Shown here: piece after piece, positions 27,484 to 37,233 of the stretch
Position numbering within the stretch: position 1 is the first letter of the stretch
How the letters are laid out: each line of letters opens with the position of its first letter
Assembly (NCBI GenBank): GCA_963760125.1
Contig: CAVXBV010000010.1
Span: 3,342-67,341, forward strand
Source of the DNA: an uncultured Actinomycetota bacterium
Lineage (GTDB): Bacteria > Actinomycetota > Actinomycetes > Mycobacteriales > SCTD01
DNA length: 64,000 nucleotides
Reading direction: 5' to 3'
Program-made: the position numbers and the translations under genes
The notes under the pieces: model-generated
The model's database searches: none
What the model was told of the DNA's origin: nothing
The model's input: the letters and a program-made list of their open reading frames with translations, nothing else

Positions 27484-28902
27484 TCAGCGTTGGTGGCCGT
27501 GTCGTGCGCCAAGTCGGTGCCCGAGCTCCCGGCCGAGGACGAGGGCGGGCGTGATGAGCATGCCACTGCAGAAGGCGTTGCCGTTGAACGTCGCCGCCCC
27601 GAGGACCTCGCCGACGGCCCAGGTGCCGGGCAGCGCGGTGCCGTCCGGTCGGCGGACGGCGAGGTCTTCCGTGACGTCGACCCCGGTGAAGGTGACGATC
27701 GTGACGCCGTGGTTCTCCAGGGCGTAGAAGGGTGGCTCGACGAGCGGCGCCGGAAGGTGCGTGCGGCCGAATTCCTCGTCACTTCCCTGAGCGACGGCCT
27801 CGTTGTAGCGCGCCACCTGCTGCACGAGGCCCTCGGCGTCGATGCCCGCCACGGCGGCGAGGTCCACCAGGCTGTCAGCGACGTGGATGCCTGCTCGGAC
27901 CCCGGCGCGGCGCTGCACCTCGCCGGGCGCCCAGCCCACGACCACCGGGTGGGTGCTGGCGAGGGCGTGGGCGTCGAAGACCGAGAAGAACGTGAGGTCG
28001 GGCAGGGCCATGAGGGCGCGTTCTTTGGCGTCGATCGACGGCTCGTCCTCAGCCACCCACCGCCGACCGGCGCGGGACACGTAGATCTCCCAGGGCGGGC
28101 GCTCGACCGTGAGCAGGGGGCGGTCGTCCCAGACGGCCCGTCCTGGGTCCTTCGTCGAGGGCAGCCCGCCGAAGGTCGGGATGTAGGTGCCGAGACCGGC
28201 CAGGGCCGCACCGGCCTGCCTGGCCAGGATGATGCCGTCGCCGGTGGAGGTCTCCGCTGCCGCGCTGACCAGGGGCCGTTCTTCCAGCTCGGCGAACAGC
28301 TCAGGCGACGCCCCGAAGCCACCGGTAGCCAGCACGACCTCGGACGCCGTGACGAGGGCACCGTCCACCTCCACGCCGCGTCCGGGCACCAGCCGGGTCA
28401 CCCGGGTGTGGAGCCGGAGCTCGAGGTCGGTTTCGGCCATCGTGCGCTCGAGCAGCCTCCGCAGAGCGCGAAGGACGGAGCGGCCGCCGTCCTCGCCGTA
28501 GACCGTGCGGGGGGTGAGGTAGGGCTCATGTCCGTACACCAGGCGCGGCGTCTCCGCTGCCCACGTCATGCCGAGCCCCTCCAGCCAGGCCATCGTGCCG
28601 GGCGCGTCCTCGCACACGCGGCGGGTGAGCTCCCGGCGAGGGAGGTGCGTGGACAGCCCGGCGACCCGCCAGATGTCCTCGAGGTGGCGCTGGGCGTCGT
28701 CGTGGATGCCCCGGTCCCGCTGGAGAGCGGTGCCGCCGGCGCTCATGTGGCCACCCGAGACGTGCAACGCACCGCCGACTTCCCCCGCCGCGTCCAGCAG
28801 GAGCACCCGAGCACCGGCGGCGGCAGCCGCGCAGGCGCACGGGATCCCCGCCGTACCCGCCCCCACCACGATGATGTCGAAGGCACTCCTGGGGACCTCC
28901 AC
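27484..28902 (-). CDS. FAD-dependent oxidoreductase (fumarate reductase/flavocytochrome c flavoprotein-like)
   Basis: DIIVVGAGTAG, VVLATGGFG, TGDG, PPFYA and GTWAVGE motifs. Start probably GTG 28902. Confidence 0.85.
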   Translation of the reverse strand: MEVPRSAFDIIVVGAGTAGIPCACAAAAAGARVLLLDAAGEVGGALHVSGGHMSAGGTALQRDRGIHDDAQRHLEDIWRVAGLSTHLPRRELTRRVCEDAPGTMAWLEGLGMTWAAETPRLVYGHEPYLTPRTVYGEDGGRSVLRALRRLLERTMAETDLELRLHTRVTRLVPGRGVEVDGALVTASEVVLATGGFGASPELFAELEERPLVSAAAETSTGDGIILARQAGAALAGLGTYIPTFGGLPSTKDPGRAVWDDRPLLTVERPPWEIYVSRAGRRWVAEDEPSIDAKERALMALPDLTFFSVFDAHALASTHPVVVGWAPGEVQRRAGVRAGIHVADSLVDLAAVAGIDAEGLVQQVARYNEAVAQGSDEEFGRTHLPAPLVEPPFYALENHGVTIVTFTGVDVTEDLAVRRPDGTALPGTWAVGEVLGAATFNGNAFCSGMLITPALVLGRELGHRLGARHGHQR

Positions 28903-28919
28903 GCCAACAGTATTGTTCT

Positions 28920-28932
28920 GGAACACGGTTCC
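28920..28932. promoter_or_regulatory. Palindromic operator GGAAC-ACG-GTTCC
   Basis: Exact match to the motif in a divergent promoter region. Confidence 0.75.
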
Positions 28933-28973
28933 GACAAGTGGAACAAGCGCCCGTTTCGGCGGAGTCACCATCG

Positions 28974-29023
28974 TTGACAGTGGTGATCTCTGGGCCTAGC
29001 GTTCAGAACAGGAACACTGTTCC
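28974..29023 (+). promoter_or_regulatory. Promoter TTGACA-N17-TAGCGT with operator GGAAC-ACT-GTTCC (29011-29023) at the transcription start
   Basis: Consensus -35, 17-bp spacer, and the operator 8 nt downstream of the -10. Confidence 0.8.
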
Positions 29024-29076
29024 GTTCAGCGGCACACACCAGGTTCGCCACCCAGCCGGCAGGAAGAGCCCTCTGC

Positions 29077-30711
29077 ATGAAGCGACCAGCCCGTCCAGGA
29101 TCGTCCCTCACCAGCCGTCGCCTGGCCCTGGCTGCCTGCAGCGCCCTCGCTCTGTCAGCCTGCGGCCTGCAGCAAGCCGGGCTCGACGGCTCGGTCGCCG
29201 GCCGCGCCGTCCTGCAGAACGGGACGTCCGTCGACGGAACGCCGGGCGGAACGACGGGCGGATCCTCGAGCGGGACAAGCGGAACGACCGGCGACGCCAC
29301 GAGCTCGACCTCCACCGGCGGCTCCTTCACCGGTGGGACGTCGGGCTCGACCAGCGGCAGCTTCGGCGGCTCGAGCGGCAGCGGCGGCACGAGCTCCTCC
29401 GGCAGCACGGGGACCGTCGCCGGCGGATCGTCCACCAGCGGCAGCAGCGGCAGCAGCGGCAGCAGCGGTAGTTCGGGCGGCAGCACGACGGGCGCGGCGC
29501 CGCAGACCCCCGGGCTCAAGGGCGAGCTCACCGTCTCCTACGTCAACGTGACCGGCTTCGACCAGCTCAACGCCTTCCTCCCGGTGAACGTGGCGACGAC
29601 CGGTGACGCCAAAGCGCAGGCCAAGGCGATGGAGAACTGGGTGAACAGCCACGGCGGCATCGCCGGACGCAAGCTCAAGACGGTGGTGCACGACTACAAC
29701 GCCCAGCAGGCCAGCGAGGCGAACGACAACAACCTCTGCAAGTCCATCACCGACACCGACAAGGCGTTCCTGGCCGTCCTGCACGGGCAGATCCACTTCA
29801 GCGCCCGCAACTGCTACGCCGCGAAGAAGACCCTGGCCTTCGAGGGGGCGGCCTACGGCTTCGGCCACAAGTTCTACGCGGCGCACCAGCCCTACCTCTG
29901 GTCCCCGAGCTACGCCGACTACGACCAGACCTCCCGGGCGCTCGTGGAGAGCATCAAGGCCAAGAAGTGGCTGGCAGGGGAGAGCAAGGTCGGCATCGTG
30001 CTCTGGGACGATGAGCCCTACCACGAGATCGCCGACAAGACCCTGGCCCCGCTGCTGAGGGGGCTCGGCGTCGAGGTCGTCCAGGCGTCGGTCTCCAACT
30101 CCGACATCGGTTCCATCGAGGACGGCATCCACGCCGCTGCGCAGACCATGGTCATCAACCAGGTAGACCACCTTTTGTTCGTCGGTTCGGCTCCCTTGCA
30201 GCCCTTCTTCGTCCAGCAGAACCAGCAGCAGCGCAGTTTCGTCTACGCGCTGACGTCGTTCGACGTGCCGCGCTACATGGCCGTGAACTTCCCGAACAAC
30301 ATGGCAGGGGCCATCGGCGTCGGCATCTCCCCGGTCGACGATGTCCTCGACGCGCAGTACGCCTTCCCCCAGCCCGGTCTCGAGACCCTGTGCCGCGACA
30401 TCTACAAGGCGGCCGGTGTCCCCCTTCCAGGTCGGTATCTCGACGGGCAGTTCAACTCCAAGCAGGCCATCTCCTACTGCGAGGACACGCTCCTGCTGAA
30501 GAAGGTCGCGGACACGATCCCCGGGGACCTGACCGGGGCCTCGTGGACCAAGAAGGCGTACTCCCTCGGCACCAGCTTCCAGACCGCCCAGGCCTTCGCG
30601 ACGTCCTACAGCGCCAACAAGGTCACCGGTGCGGCGGCGTACCGGGACTTGATCTTCAACCCCGAGTGCAAGTGCATCACCTACACGTCGGGCAACAAGG
30701 CCATTTCGTGA
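29077..30711 (+). CDS. ABC transporter substrate-binding lipoprotein (LivJ-like fold) with a Gly/Ser/Thr-rich linker
   Basis: Lipobox LALSAC; WVNSHGGIAGRKL; about 90 aa low-complexity tether. Confidence 0.82.
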   Translation: MKRPARPGSSLTSRRLALAACSALALSACGLQQAGLDGSVAGRAVLQNGTSVDGTPGGTTGGSSSGTSGTTGDATSSTSTGGSFTGGTSGSTSGSFGGSSGSGGTSSSGSTGTVAGGSSTSGSSGSSGSSGSSGGSTTGAAPQTPGLKGELTVSYVNVTGFDQLNAFLPVNVATTGDAKAQAKAMENWVNSHGGIAGRKLKTVVHDYNAQQASEANDNNLCKSITDTDKAFLAVLHGQIHFSARNCYAAKKTLAFEGAAYGFGHKFYAAHQPYLWSPSYADYDQTSRALVESIKAKKWLAGESKVGIVLWDDEPYHEIADKTLAPLLRGLGVEVVQASVSNSDIGSIEDGIHAAAQTMVINQVDHLLFVGSAPLQPFFVQQNQQQRSFVYALTSFDVPRYMAVNFPNNMAGAIGVGISPVDDVLDAQYAFPQPGLETLCRDIYKAAGVPLPGRYLDGQFNSKQAISYCEDTLLLKKVADTIPGDLTGASWTKKAYSLGTSFQTAQAFATSYSANKVTGAAAYRDLIFNPECKCITYTSGNKAIS

Positions 30712-31136
30712 ACGATCACGCCCTGGACCGCCCGCGCACCGCGGTGTCGCTAGCGGTCGTCCTCGCCGTGGCCGGGAGCCTGGCCGTCGCTGCTGGCGAG
30801 GTGCCCCTGACCCGCGACGGCGGGTTCGGTGTCCTCGCTCCGCGGGACGGAGCGGAGGTCCCCGCGGCCTTCGAGCTGCGCTGGAGCAAGGCCGCCTCCT
30901 TCACGACGTACGCCGTGGTGGTGGACGCCGACGTCCCCATCACTGGGGATCTCGTGAAGCCGGGGGAGCGCGTCCTCACGATCAGCGGACAGCAGCTGGA
31001 GCTCTCCCTGGGTCGGGCCAAGACCGGTTCGCCCAGCGCCCGGTCGTTCCACACGGTCACCGTGATCCCCCTGGACGCGGCTGGCCGTCGCGCCGGCTGG
31101 GACGCGGCCGTGGTTCACGTCCGCAACGCCACGTGA
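30708..31136 (+). CDS. Small secreted/anchored hypothetical protein
   Basis: GTG start overlaps the SBP stop; N-terminal hydrophobic segment followed by a beta-rich domain. Confidence 0.6.
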   Translation: MNDHALDRPRTAVSLAVVLAVAGSLAVAAGEVPLTRDGGFGVLAPRDGAEVPAAFELRWSKAASFTTYAVVVDADVPITGDLVKPGERVLTISGQQLELSLGRAKTGSPSARSFHTVTVIPLDAAGRRAGWDAAVVHVRNAT

Positions 31137-33262
31137 GCCGGCTCTCGCGCGACTCCGGCGTCCGGACCCTCGGCGTCACCGGAGGCGGCCCGCACGGCAG
31201 CCTCGGTGAGGCCGTCGCCGCAGGCACCGGTTGGCGGCCTCTCCTCCTGCTTGGTGGCCTCGCTGGTGTGGTGCTGGCCCAGGGCGTGGCGCTCCTGCTG
31301 GCACCGGACATCGCCGCGAGCCGCGGCGGGTCCTCGACCTCGGTGGGTGGCGCCATGTTCGCCTGGGTCGGCGGTGCCGTCTTCGGGTTGCCGTTGGCAC
31401 TGCGCGCGGGCCTCGGGCGGCATCGGGTGCGCGCAGCGGCCCTCGGAGGAGCCCTGGTCTGCGTCGGCCTGCTGAGCGTCAGCGTCGCCGGTTCGCTGGT
31501 CTGGGTCGCGCTCGGCGCTGCTCTCGGTGGGCTCGGTGCGGTCCTCGTGGGAGCCACGCATCGGGCCCTGCTGGCGGACCTCTACCCGCCGCTCGCCCTG
31601 ACCCACGTGCTGGTGGCCTTCCGGGCCGTCTCCCTCGCGGTCGGTGGTGTCGCCGTAGTCCTCGCCTTTCCCGTCGCGGACGCCTTCGACCTGACCTGGC
31701 GCGCCGCCCTCCTCCTCGTGGCGGTGGTGGCCGGCGGGGTCGCGGTCGGCGTCGCCACCGTGCCGGAGCCGGAGGCGGGCGGGCAAGAAGGTCGTCGGCT
31801 ACGACGACTCGCCGGGGCCGAGGGCCTCGAGGTGGAGCCGCGTCGCCCGGGCTTCAGCGAAGCTCTCCGCCGGCTCTACGCCATTCCCACCGTGCGGCCG
31901 TTGCTGGCCCTGTTGGCGGTTCTCGCCTCGGTGGCCTACGGACTCGTGGTGTTCGGCTCCTACGCCCTCGCGCAACGAGGTGGCGTGGCGTCAGAAGCGA
32001 CACCGTGGGTCATCGTCGGCGCAGCGCTTGCCGGGGCGGCCGTCCTGCTCGACCGAGGCGCTCGGGTGGCGGTGCTGCTGCGGCGCAGCCCCGCGGAGCT
32101 GGCCTCCTGGACCTCCAAGGTCGTGGCTGCTGGGGGCGTTGCGCTCGCCCTGGTCGGGATCGCCCCCTGGCCGGTCGCCCAGGTCGTGGCGCTGGTCGTC
32201 GCCGTAGCTGCGCTCGGCCTGGGCCTGGTCGTCGTCGACCGGCTCCTCCTGCTGGTCGCGCCGGTCGAGCTGCGGGGAGTCGCCGGTGCGATGGCAGACA
32301 CCTACGCCGCACTTCTCGGTGTCGGGCTCGGCGGGTCCGTGCTCGCGGCGGTGGATCGTGCCAACGGGCTCGGCATCGGCCTCGCCGTCCTGGGGGCTGT
32401 TGCGGTCGTCGGTGGTCTGGCGCTGCGCCTGGTGGGTCGTTTGGTCGCGAGCGACCTCGCGGCCACCGGGGGCTCGCTCGTGGAGGCGGTCCAGAGCTCG
32501 GTCGACCGCTCCCGCGGCGTGCGTCCCCCGCTCCTCACCTGCCGAGGCATCAACTTCTCCTACGGCCCGCTGCAGATTCTGTTCGACGTCGACTTCACCG
32601 TCGACGAGGGGGAGATGGTGGCGCTGCTGGGCACCAACGGCGCCGGGAAGTCCACCCTGCTCCGGGTCATCTCCGGGCTCGGCCTCCCGAGCGCCGGCAC
32701 CGTCCGCCTGGCAGGTGAGGACCTCACCTACGCCGAGCCCGGCGATCGCGTCCGGGCGGGTGTCTCCCAGATCCCCGGCGGCAAGGCCGTCTTCGGCCCG
32801 CTGTCGGTCGCCGAGAACCTCCGCCTCTACGGCTACGCCCTCGGTCGCGACAAGAAGACCATCGACCGTGGGATCGACGAGGCCTTCGAGACCTTCCCCC
32901 GGCTGTTCGAGCGACGCAACTCCCTGTCCTCAACGATGTCCGGCGGGGAGCAGCAGATGCTCGCGCTCTCCAAAGCCCTCATCCTCAAGCCCCGGCTGCT
33001 GCTGATCGACGAGCTGTCCCTCGGCCTCGCGCCCAAGGTCGTCGGTGAGCTCCTCACCCTGGTGCGCAAGATCAACGACACGGGTACGGCGGTCGTGCTC
33101 GTGGAGCAGTCGGTCAACGTCGCGCTCTCCCTGGCCGAGCACGCGTACTTCATGGAGAAGGGGGCGGTGCGCTTCGACGGCGCCACCGCCGACCTGCTCG
33201 AACGGCCGGACATCCTGCGGTCGGTCTTCCTGTCCGGGGTCGCGGCGGGGACGAGCGCATGA
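31133..33262 (+). CDS. MFS-like membrane domain fused to a LivF-like ABC ATPase
   Basis: About 11-12 TM segments, then GTNGAGKS, MSGGEQQ and LLLIDELSLGLAP. Confidence 0.85.
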   Translation: MSRLSRDSGVRTLGVTGGGPHGSLGEAVAAGTGWRPLLLLGGLAGVVLAQGVALLLAPDIAASRGGSSTSVGGAMFAWVGGAVFGLPLALRAGLGRHRVRAAALGGALVCVGLLSVSVAGSLVWVALGAALGGLGAVLVGATHRALLADLYPPLALTHVLVAFRAVSLAVGGVAVVLAFPVADAFDLTWRAALLLVAVVAGGVAVGVATVPEPEAGGQEGRRLRRLAGAEGLEVEPRRPGFSEALRRLYAIPTVRPLLALLAVLASVAYGLVVFGSYALAQRGGVASEATPWVIVGAALAGAAVLLDRGARVAVLLRRSPAELASWTSKVVAAGGVALALVGIAPWPVAQVVALVVAVAALGLGLVVVDRLLLLVAPVELRGVAGAMADTYAALLGVGLGGSVLAAVDRANGLGIGLAVLGAVAVVGGLALRLVGRLVASDLAATGGSLVEAVQSSVDRSRGVRPPLLTCRGINFSYGPLQILFDVDFTVDEGEMVALLGTNGAGKSTLLRVISGLGLPSAGTVRLAGEDLTYAEPGDRVRAGVSQIPGGKAVFGPLSVAENLRLYGYALGRDKKTIDRGIDEAFETFPRLFERRNSLSSTMSGGEQQMLALSKALILKPRLLLIDELSLGLAPKVVGELLTLVRKINDTGTAVVLVEQSVNVALSLAEHAYFMEKGAVRFDGATADLLERPDILRSVFLSGVAAGTSA

Positions 33263-36084
33263 TCAACCTCTTCGGCCTGGAGCTTCCCTACGCCATCCTC
33301 ATCGCCGGCCTGGCGTCCGGGCTCGCCTATGGCCTGCTCGGCGTCGGGCTGGTCCTCGTCTACCGCTCGAGCAAGTTCATCAACTTCGCCCACAGCCAGA
33401 TCGGGGCCTTCGGTGCCGCGATCATGGCGATCCTCGTGCTCGACGGCGGTCTTCCCTACTGGGTCGCCCTTCCGGTGGGAATGCTCGTCGCGGCAGCTAT
33501 CGCCTCGTCGATCGAGGTCACCGTCGTCCGCCGCCTGGCCAAGGCGCCGCGTCTGATGAGCATGGTCGCGACCCTCGGGGTGGGGCAGTTCCTGTTCTTC
33601 ATGTCGCTGCTGCTCAACTCCAAGGCGACCTCCTCCTCGTTCTTCCCGGTGCCGACCGGAATGCCGGTCTTCGAGGTCAACGGCCTGCGCATCGGTGAGG
33701 ACGCCACCGGCATCCTCATCCTGGCCCCGCTCACCGTCATCGGGCTCACCCTGTTCTTCCGTCGCAGCCGGATCGGCCTGGCCATCCGCGGCGCCGCAGC
33801 CAACCCCGACGCAGCCGCCATGGCGGGCATGTCGCCGCAGCGCCTGACCAACCTGTCCTGGTCGCTCGCCGGAGCCGTGGCGTGTCTGACCGCGGCCCTG
33901 CTCATCCCCAGCCTGGGTGCGCTCGCCGGCGCGGCCCTCGGCCCGACCCTGCTGCTGAGGGCGCTCGTCGCCGCTGTCGTCGGCCGGATGACGAACCTGA
34001 CCGTGACCTTCATCGCCGGGACACTGATCGGGATGCTCGACAGGATCGTCAAGTTCAAGGTCCCGGAGCAGATCGGGCTGTCCGACCTCGTCCTGCTGGC
34101 GGTGGTCCTGATCAGCCTGCTGGCCCAGGGCAAGCCGGGACGTCGCGAACAGGAGAAGGGTGCCTGGCTCGCCGTCAAGCCGTGGCCCGCGCTCCCTGAG
34201 CAGCTCCAGCAGCTGTGGGTGCTGCGCCGCACCGGGTGGCTGCTCGCCGTTCCGGCGCTCGTGGCCGCGGTCGTGGTCGTCACGCAGCTGAAGTCCGCCG
34301 ACGCCTCGATCGTCGCCCAGTTCGCCTCGCTGGTCGTCGTCGGCCTGTCGTTGTCGATCCTCACCGGGCTCAGCGGGCAGCTGTCGCTCGGCCAGTTCGC
34401 CGTCGCGGGTGCCGGGGCGGTGGCCGCGATCGCGGTGTCGCAGGACACCGACAGCGTGCTGCTCGGCCTGCTGCTGGGAACCCTCGTCGGCGCGGCGGTC
34501 TCGGTCCTCATCGGGATCCCGGCGCTTCGGGTCCAGGGCCTGCTGTTCGCCGTGGCGACGCTGGCCTTCGCGCTCGCGATGCGGGGCTATCTGCTCAAGC
34601 TGGACGCGCCGTTCGGCTTCGGCGCCTCGACCATCACCAACGGGGCGAGGGTCTTCGGCCAGAGCATCGACGGAGGACGGGTGCAGGCCCTCGTTGCCCT
34701 CGGCGCCCTTGCCTTCGCGCTGCTGGTGGCGGGCAACGTGGCCCGCAGCTCGTTCGGCAGGGTGCTCGTCTCCCTGCGCGACAACGAGGACGCCGCGCGG
34801 GCCTTCAGCATCTCGGCCCCGCGCCGCAAGCTGCAGGCCTACGCCATCGGCGGCGCCCTCGCGGGCCTCGGTGGGAGCGTCTACGCCTTCACTCAGACCG
34901 TCGTCTCCGCAGGCAGCTTTCCGGCGGACACGTCCATCGTCATCACGGTCGTCGTGGTGGTCGGCGGGACGGGACTCATCGCCGGTCCGCTGCTCGGGGT
35001 GCTCATCGCCTACCCGACGCTGCTCAACGTCGGGCCGGCCACGAACGGCATCATCACGCTCGCGTGGCTCGTGCTGATCCTGTACTACCCGAACGGCATC
35101 GCCGGCGTCATCGCGCCGCTCCGCGCGCGCTACGTCGACCTGGTCGCTCGGCTCTACGGCGTGGACGCCCAGGCGGCGCGCGACTCGGCCGACCCGGCGA
35201 AGGCCGTCGCCGCCCCGACGACTCGCGGGCTCGAGGCCATTGCCGCGCGCGAACCCGCGCCCGACGAGCCGCCCCTGCTCGCGGCCGCCGGTCTGACGAA
35301 GCGGTACGGCGGACTGCAGGCCCTCGGCGGGGTCGACCTCAGCATCAGGCACGGCGAGATCGTGGGGCTGATCGGCCCGAACGGCGCCGGCAAGACGACC
35401 CTGTTCGAGTGCCTGTCGGGCTTCGTCAAGGTCGATGAGGGCTCGATCCACCTGGCCGGACGCGACATCACGCGCTGGAGCCCGGAGCGTCGGGCGGGGA
35501 GCGGGCTGATCCGCTCCTTCCAGGACAGCGCGCTGTTCCCGACCATGACGGTCCTGGACACGGTGCTGGTCGCCGGCGAGCGGTTGTTCCCCAGCTCGCT
35601 CGGCTCCTCCCTCACCGGACTGTCACGGGTCGAGCAGCAACGCCGTGAGCGTGCCCGGGAGCTGCTGTCCCTGTTCGGGCTCGACCGCTACCGCAACACC
35701 GAGATCGGGTCGCTCAGCACGGGCACGCGACGCATCGCGGAACTGGCCTGCATGGTCTCGCTCGAGCCGACGTTGCTGCTGCTCGACGAGCCCTCCTCAG
35801 GGGTCGCCCAGGCCGAGGTCGAGGCGCTCGGGGCGGTGTTGGTGTCGGTCCGCGACCACCTCGACGCCACGATGATCATCATCGAGCACGACATCCCGCT
35901 CGTCTCGTCCCTGGCTGATCGCCTGATCGCCATGGAGACCGGAACCGTGCTCGCTGAGGGCACGCCCGAGCACGTGCTCGCCGACGACGCCGTCGTCGAG
36001 TCCTACCTCGGCGGCGACCCCACCGCCGTACAGCGCACGACCCAACCCGCCCGTGATCTCGTCACGCCTGAGCTTGGAGCCTGA
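33259..36084 (+). CDS. Fused LivH-LivM-LivG-like ABC permease-permease-ATPase
   Basis: INFAH (LivH), GQLSLGQ (LivM), GPNGAGKT and LLLDEP (LivG). Confidence 0.9.
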   Translation: MINLFGLELPYAILIAGLASGLAYGLLGVGLVLVYRSSKFINFAHSQIGAFGAAIMAILVLDGGLPYWVALPVGMLVAAAIASSIEVTVVRRLAKAPRLMSMVATLGVGQFLFFMSLLLNSKATSSSFFPVPTGMPVFEVNGLRIGEDATGILILAPLTVIGLTLFFRRSRIGLAIRGAAANPDAAAMAGMSPQRLTNLSWSLAGAVACLTAALLIPSLGALAGAALGPTLLLRALVAAVVGRMTNLTVTFIAGTLIGMLDRIVKFKVPEQIGLSDLVLLAVVLISLLAQGKPGRREQEKGAWLAVKPWPALPEQLQQLWVLRRTGWLLAVPALVAAVVVVTQLKSADASIVAQFASLVVVGLSLSILTGLSGQLSLGQFAVAGAGAVAAIAVSQDTDSVLLGLLLGTLVGAAVSVLIGIPALRVQGLLFAVATLAFALAMRGYLLKLDAPFGFGASTITNGARVFGQSIDGGRVQALVALGALAFALLVAGNVARSSFGRVLVSLRDNEDAARAFSISAPRRKLQAYAIGGALAGLGGSVYAFTQTVVSAGSFPADTSIVITVVVVVGGTGLIAGPLLGVLIAYPTLLNVGPATNGIITLAWLVLILYYPNGIAGVIAPLRARYVDLVARLYGVDAQAARDSADPAKAVAAPTTRGLEAIAAREPAPDEPPLLAAAGLTKRYGGLQALGGVDLSIRHGEIVGLIGPNGAGKTTLFECLSGFVKVDEGSIHLAGRDITRWSPERRAGSGLIRSFQDSALFPTMTVLDTVLVAGERLFPSSLGSSLTGLSRVEQQRRERARELLSLFGLDRYRNTEIGSLSTGTRRIAELACMVSLEPTLLLLDEPSSGVAQAEVEALGAVLVSVRDHLDATMIIIEHDIPLVSSLADRLIAMETGTVLAEGTPEHVLADDAVVESYLGGDPTAVQRTTQPARDLVTPELGA

Positions 36085-36088
36085 TCTC

Positions 36089-37231
36089 ATGCTGAAGAAC
36101 TTCTGGTACGCCATCGCGTTCACCAAGGAGATCACCGACAAGCCGACGCGCCACAAGGTGCTGGGGCAGGATCTCGTGCTGTTCCGCCAGAAGCGCAGCG
36201 GCAAGGTCATCGCGATGAGCGACCTGTGCGTGCACCGCGGTGGCGCGCTCTCGGGTGGCTGGCAGGACGACGACGACTGCCTGGTCTGCCCCTACCACGG
36301 CTGGCAGTACGACGGCGAGGGCAAGGTCGTGAAGGTCCCCGCCAACCAGCCCGGACGACCTATCCCGAAGAAGGCGCGCGTCGACTCCTACCCGGTACAG
36401 GAGAAGTACCACTTCGTCTGGGTGTTCCTGGGTGACCTGCCGGAGGAGGAGCGGCCGCCGATCCCAGACTGGGACGAGCACTTCAACAACCCGGACATGG
36501 CGTACGTGCACGGCGAGTTCCTGTGGCAGGCGAACTACGAGCGGGTGCTCGAGAACGGCGTCGACATCGCGCACACGCCATGGGTGCACGGCGGGGCCTT
36601 CGGCAACCGGGAGAAGCCGGAGGTGGAGGAGTACGAGCCCCTCATCACACCCTGGTCGGCTGAGGCCACGACGAAGCAGAACCCGCCCAAGAAGAACGTC
36701 AAGGGCGTCAAGAAGCTCATCTACCGCACGGAGGCCAAGGACGTCGTGACGACGACCGCGTGGTACCTCCCGAACCTCATCAAGCTGCACGTTCGCCTGC
36801 CGATCGGCGAGCTCGTCATCTACGACACCAACATCCCGATCGACGAGAACACGACGCTGACCAAGTGGATCGCGTTCCGCACGTTCTTCACCGGACGTTG
36901 GGCCGACTTCGACGCGAAGCGGCGAACGCTGGAGATCTTCGAGCAGGACAAGGTCGTGGTCGAGAACCAGCGACCGGAGCTGCTGCCGGTCGACCTGGCG
37001 GGGGAGCTCCCCATGCGCAGCGACGCCATGTCCATCGCCTACCGCCGTCGGCGCGCCGAGCTCATGGATCTGGGCTGGGGCATCGAGACCGACCGCTTCG
37101 TCGGCTCCGGTCCCCGCACCGAGGCCACCGTCATCCCGTCCCCGGCGCGTCGCGACGGGGACTTCAACCGGGCGTGGGTGATGAAGGAAGTCCCTTCGCG
37201 CCCGACCGCCCCCGCTGACCAGGAGGTCTGA
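36089..37231 (+). CDS. Rieske non-heme iron oxygenase (VanA/CAO/PAO-type clade)
   Basis: CVH...CPYH Rieske ligands; ENGVDIAHTPWVH and EQD mononuclear-iron ligands. Confidence 0.92.
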   Translation: MLKNFWYAIAFTKEITDKPTRHKVLGQDLVLFRQKRSGKVIAMSDLCVHRGGALSGGWQDDDDCLVCPYHGWQYDGEGKVVKVPANQPGRPIPKKARVDSYPVQEKYHFVWVFLGDLPEEERPPIPDWDEHFNNPDMAYVHGEFLWQANYERVLENGVDIAHTPWVHGGAFGNREKPEVEEYEPLITPWSAEATTKQNPPKKNVKGVKKLIYRTEAKDVVTTTAWYLPNLIKLHVRLPIGELVIYDTNIPIDENTTLTKWIAFRTFFTGRWADFDAKRRTLEIFEQDKVVVENQRPELLPVDLAGELPMRSDAMSIAYRRRRAELMDLGWGIETDRFVGSGPRTEATVIPSPARRDGDFNRAWVMKEVPSRPTAPADQEV

Positions 37232-37233
37232 CC

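Noticed and set aside
27484-28902. KstD-like steroid dehydrogenase, implying a steroid-degradation cluster
   Set aside because: Only generic flavoprotein motifs are present. No recognisable hsa, fadD or kstR gene set was seen, and the RCCR/NOL-like genes fit tetrapyrroles better.
6145-29023. GGAAC-N3-GTTCC as a LexA SOS box
   Set aside because: The actinobacterial SOS box is TCGAAC-N4-GTTCGA. Spacing and flanks differ, and the flanking genes are catabolic.
29221-29500. GGCAGC-type repeats as a CRISPR array or mobile repeat
   Set aside because: They encode the in-frame Gly/Ser/Thr linker of the binding protein, with no repeat-spacer structure.
36089-37231. Assigning the gene symbol pao or cao to the Rieske oxygenase
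   Set aside because: The motifs only support a generic Rieske oxygenase; a specific assignment needs phylogeny and assay.
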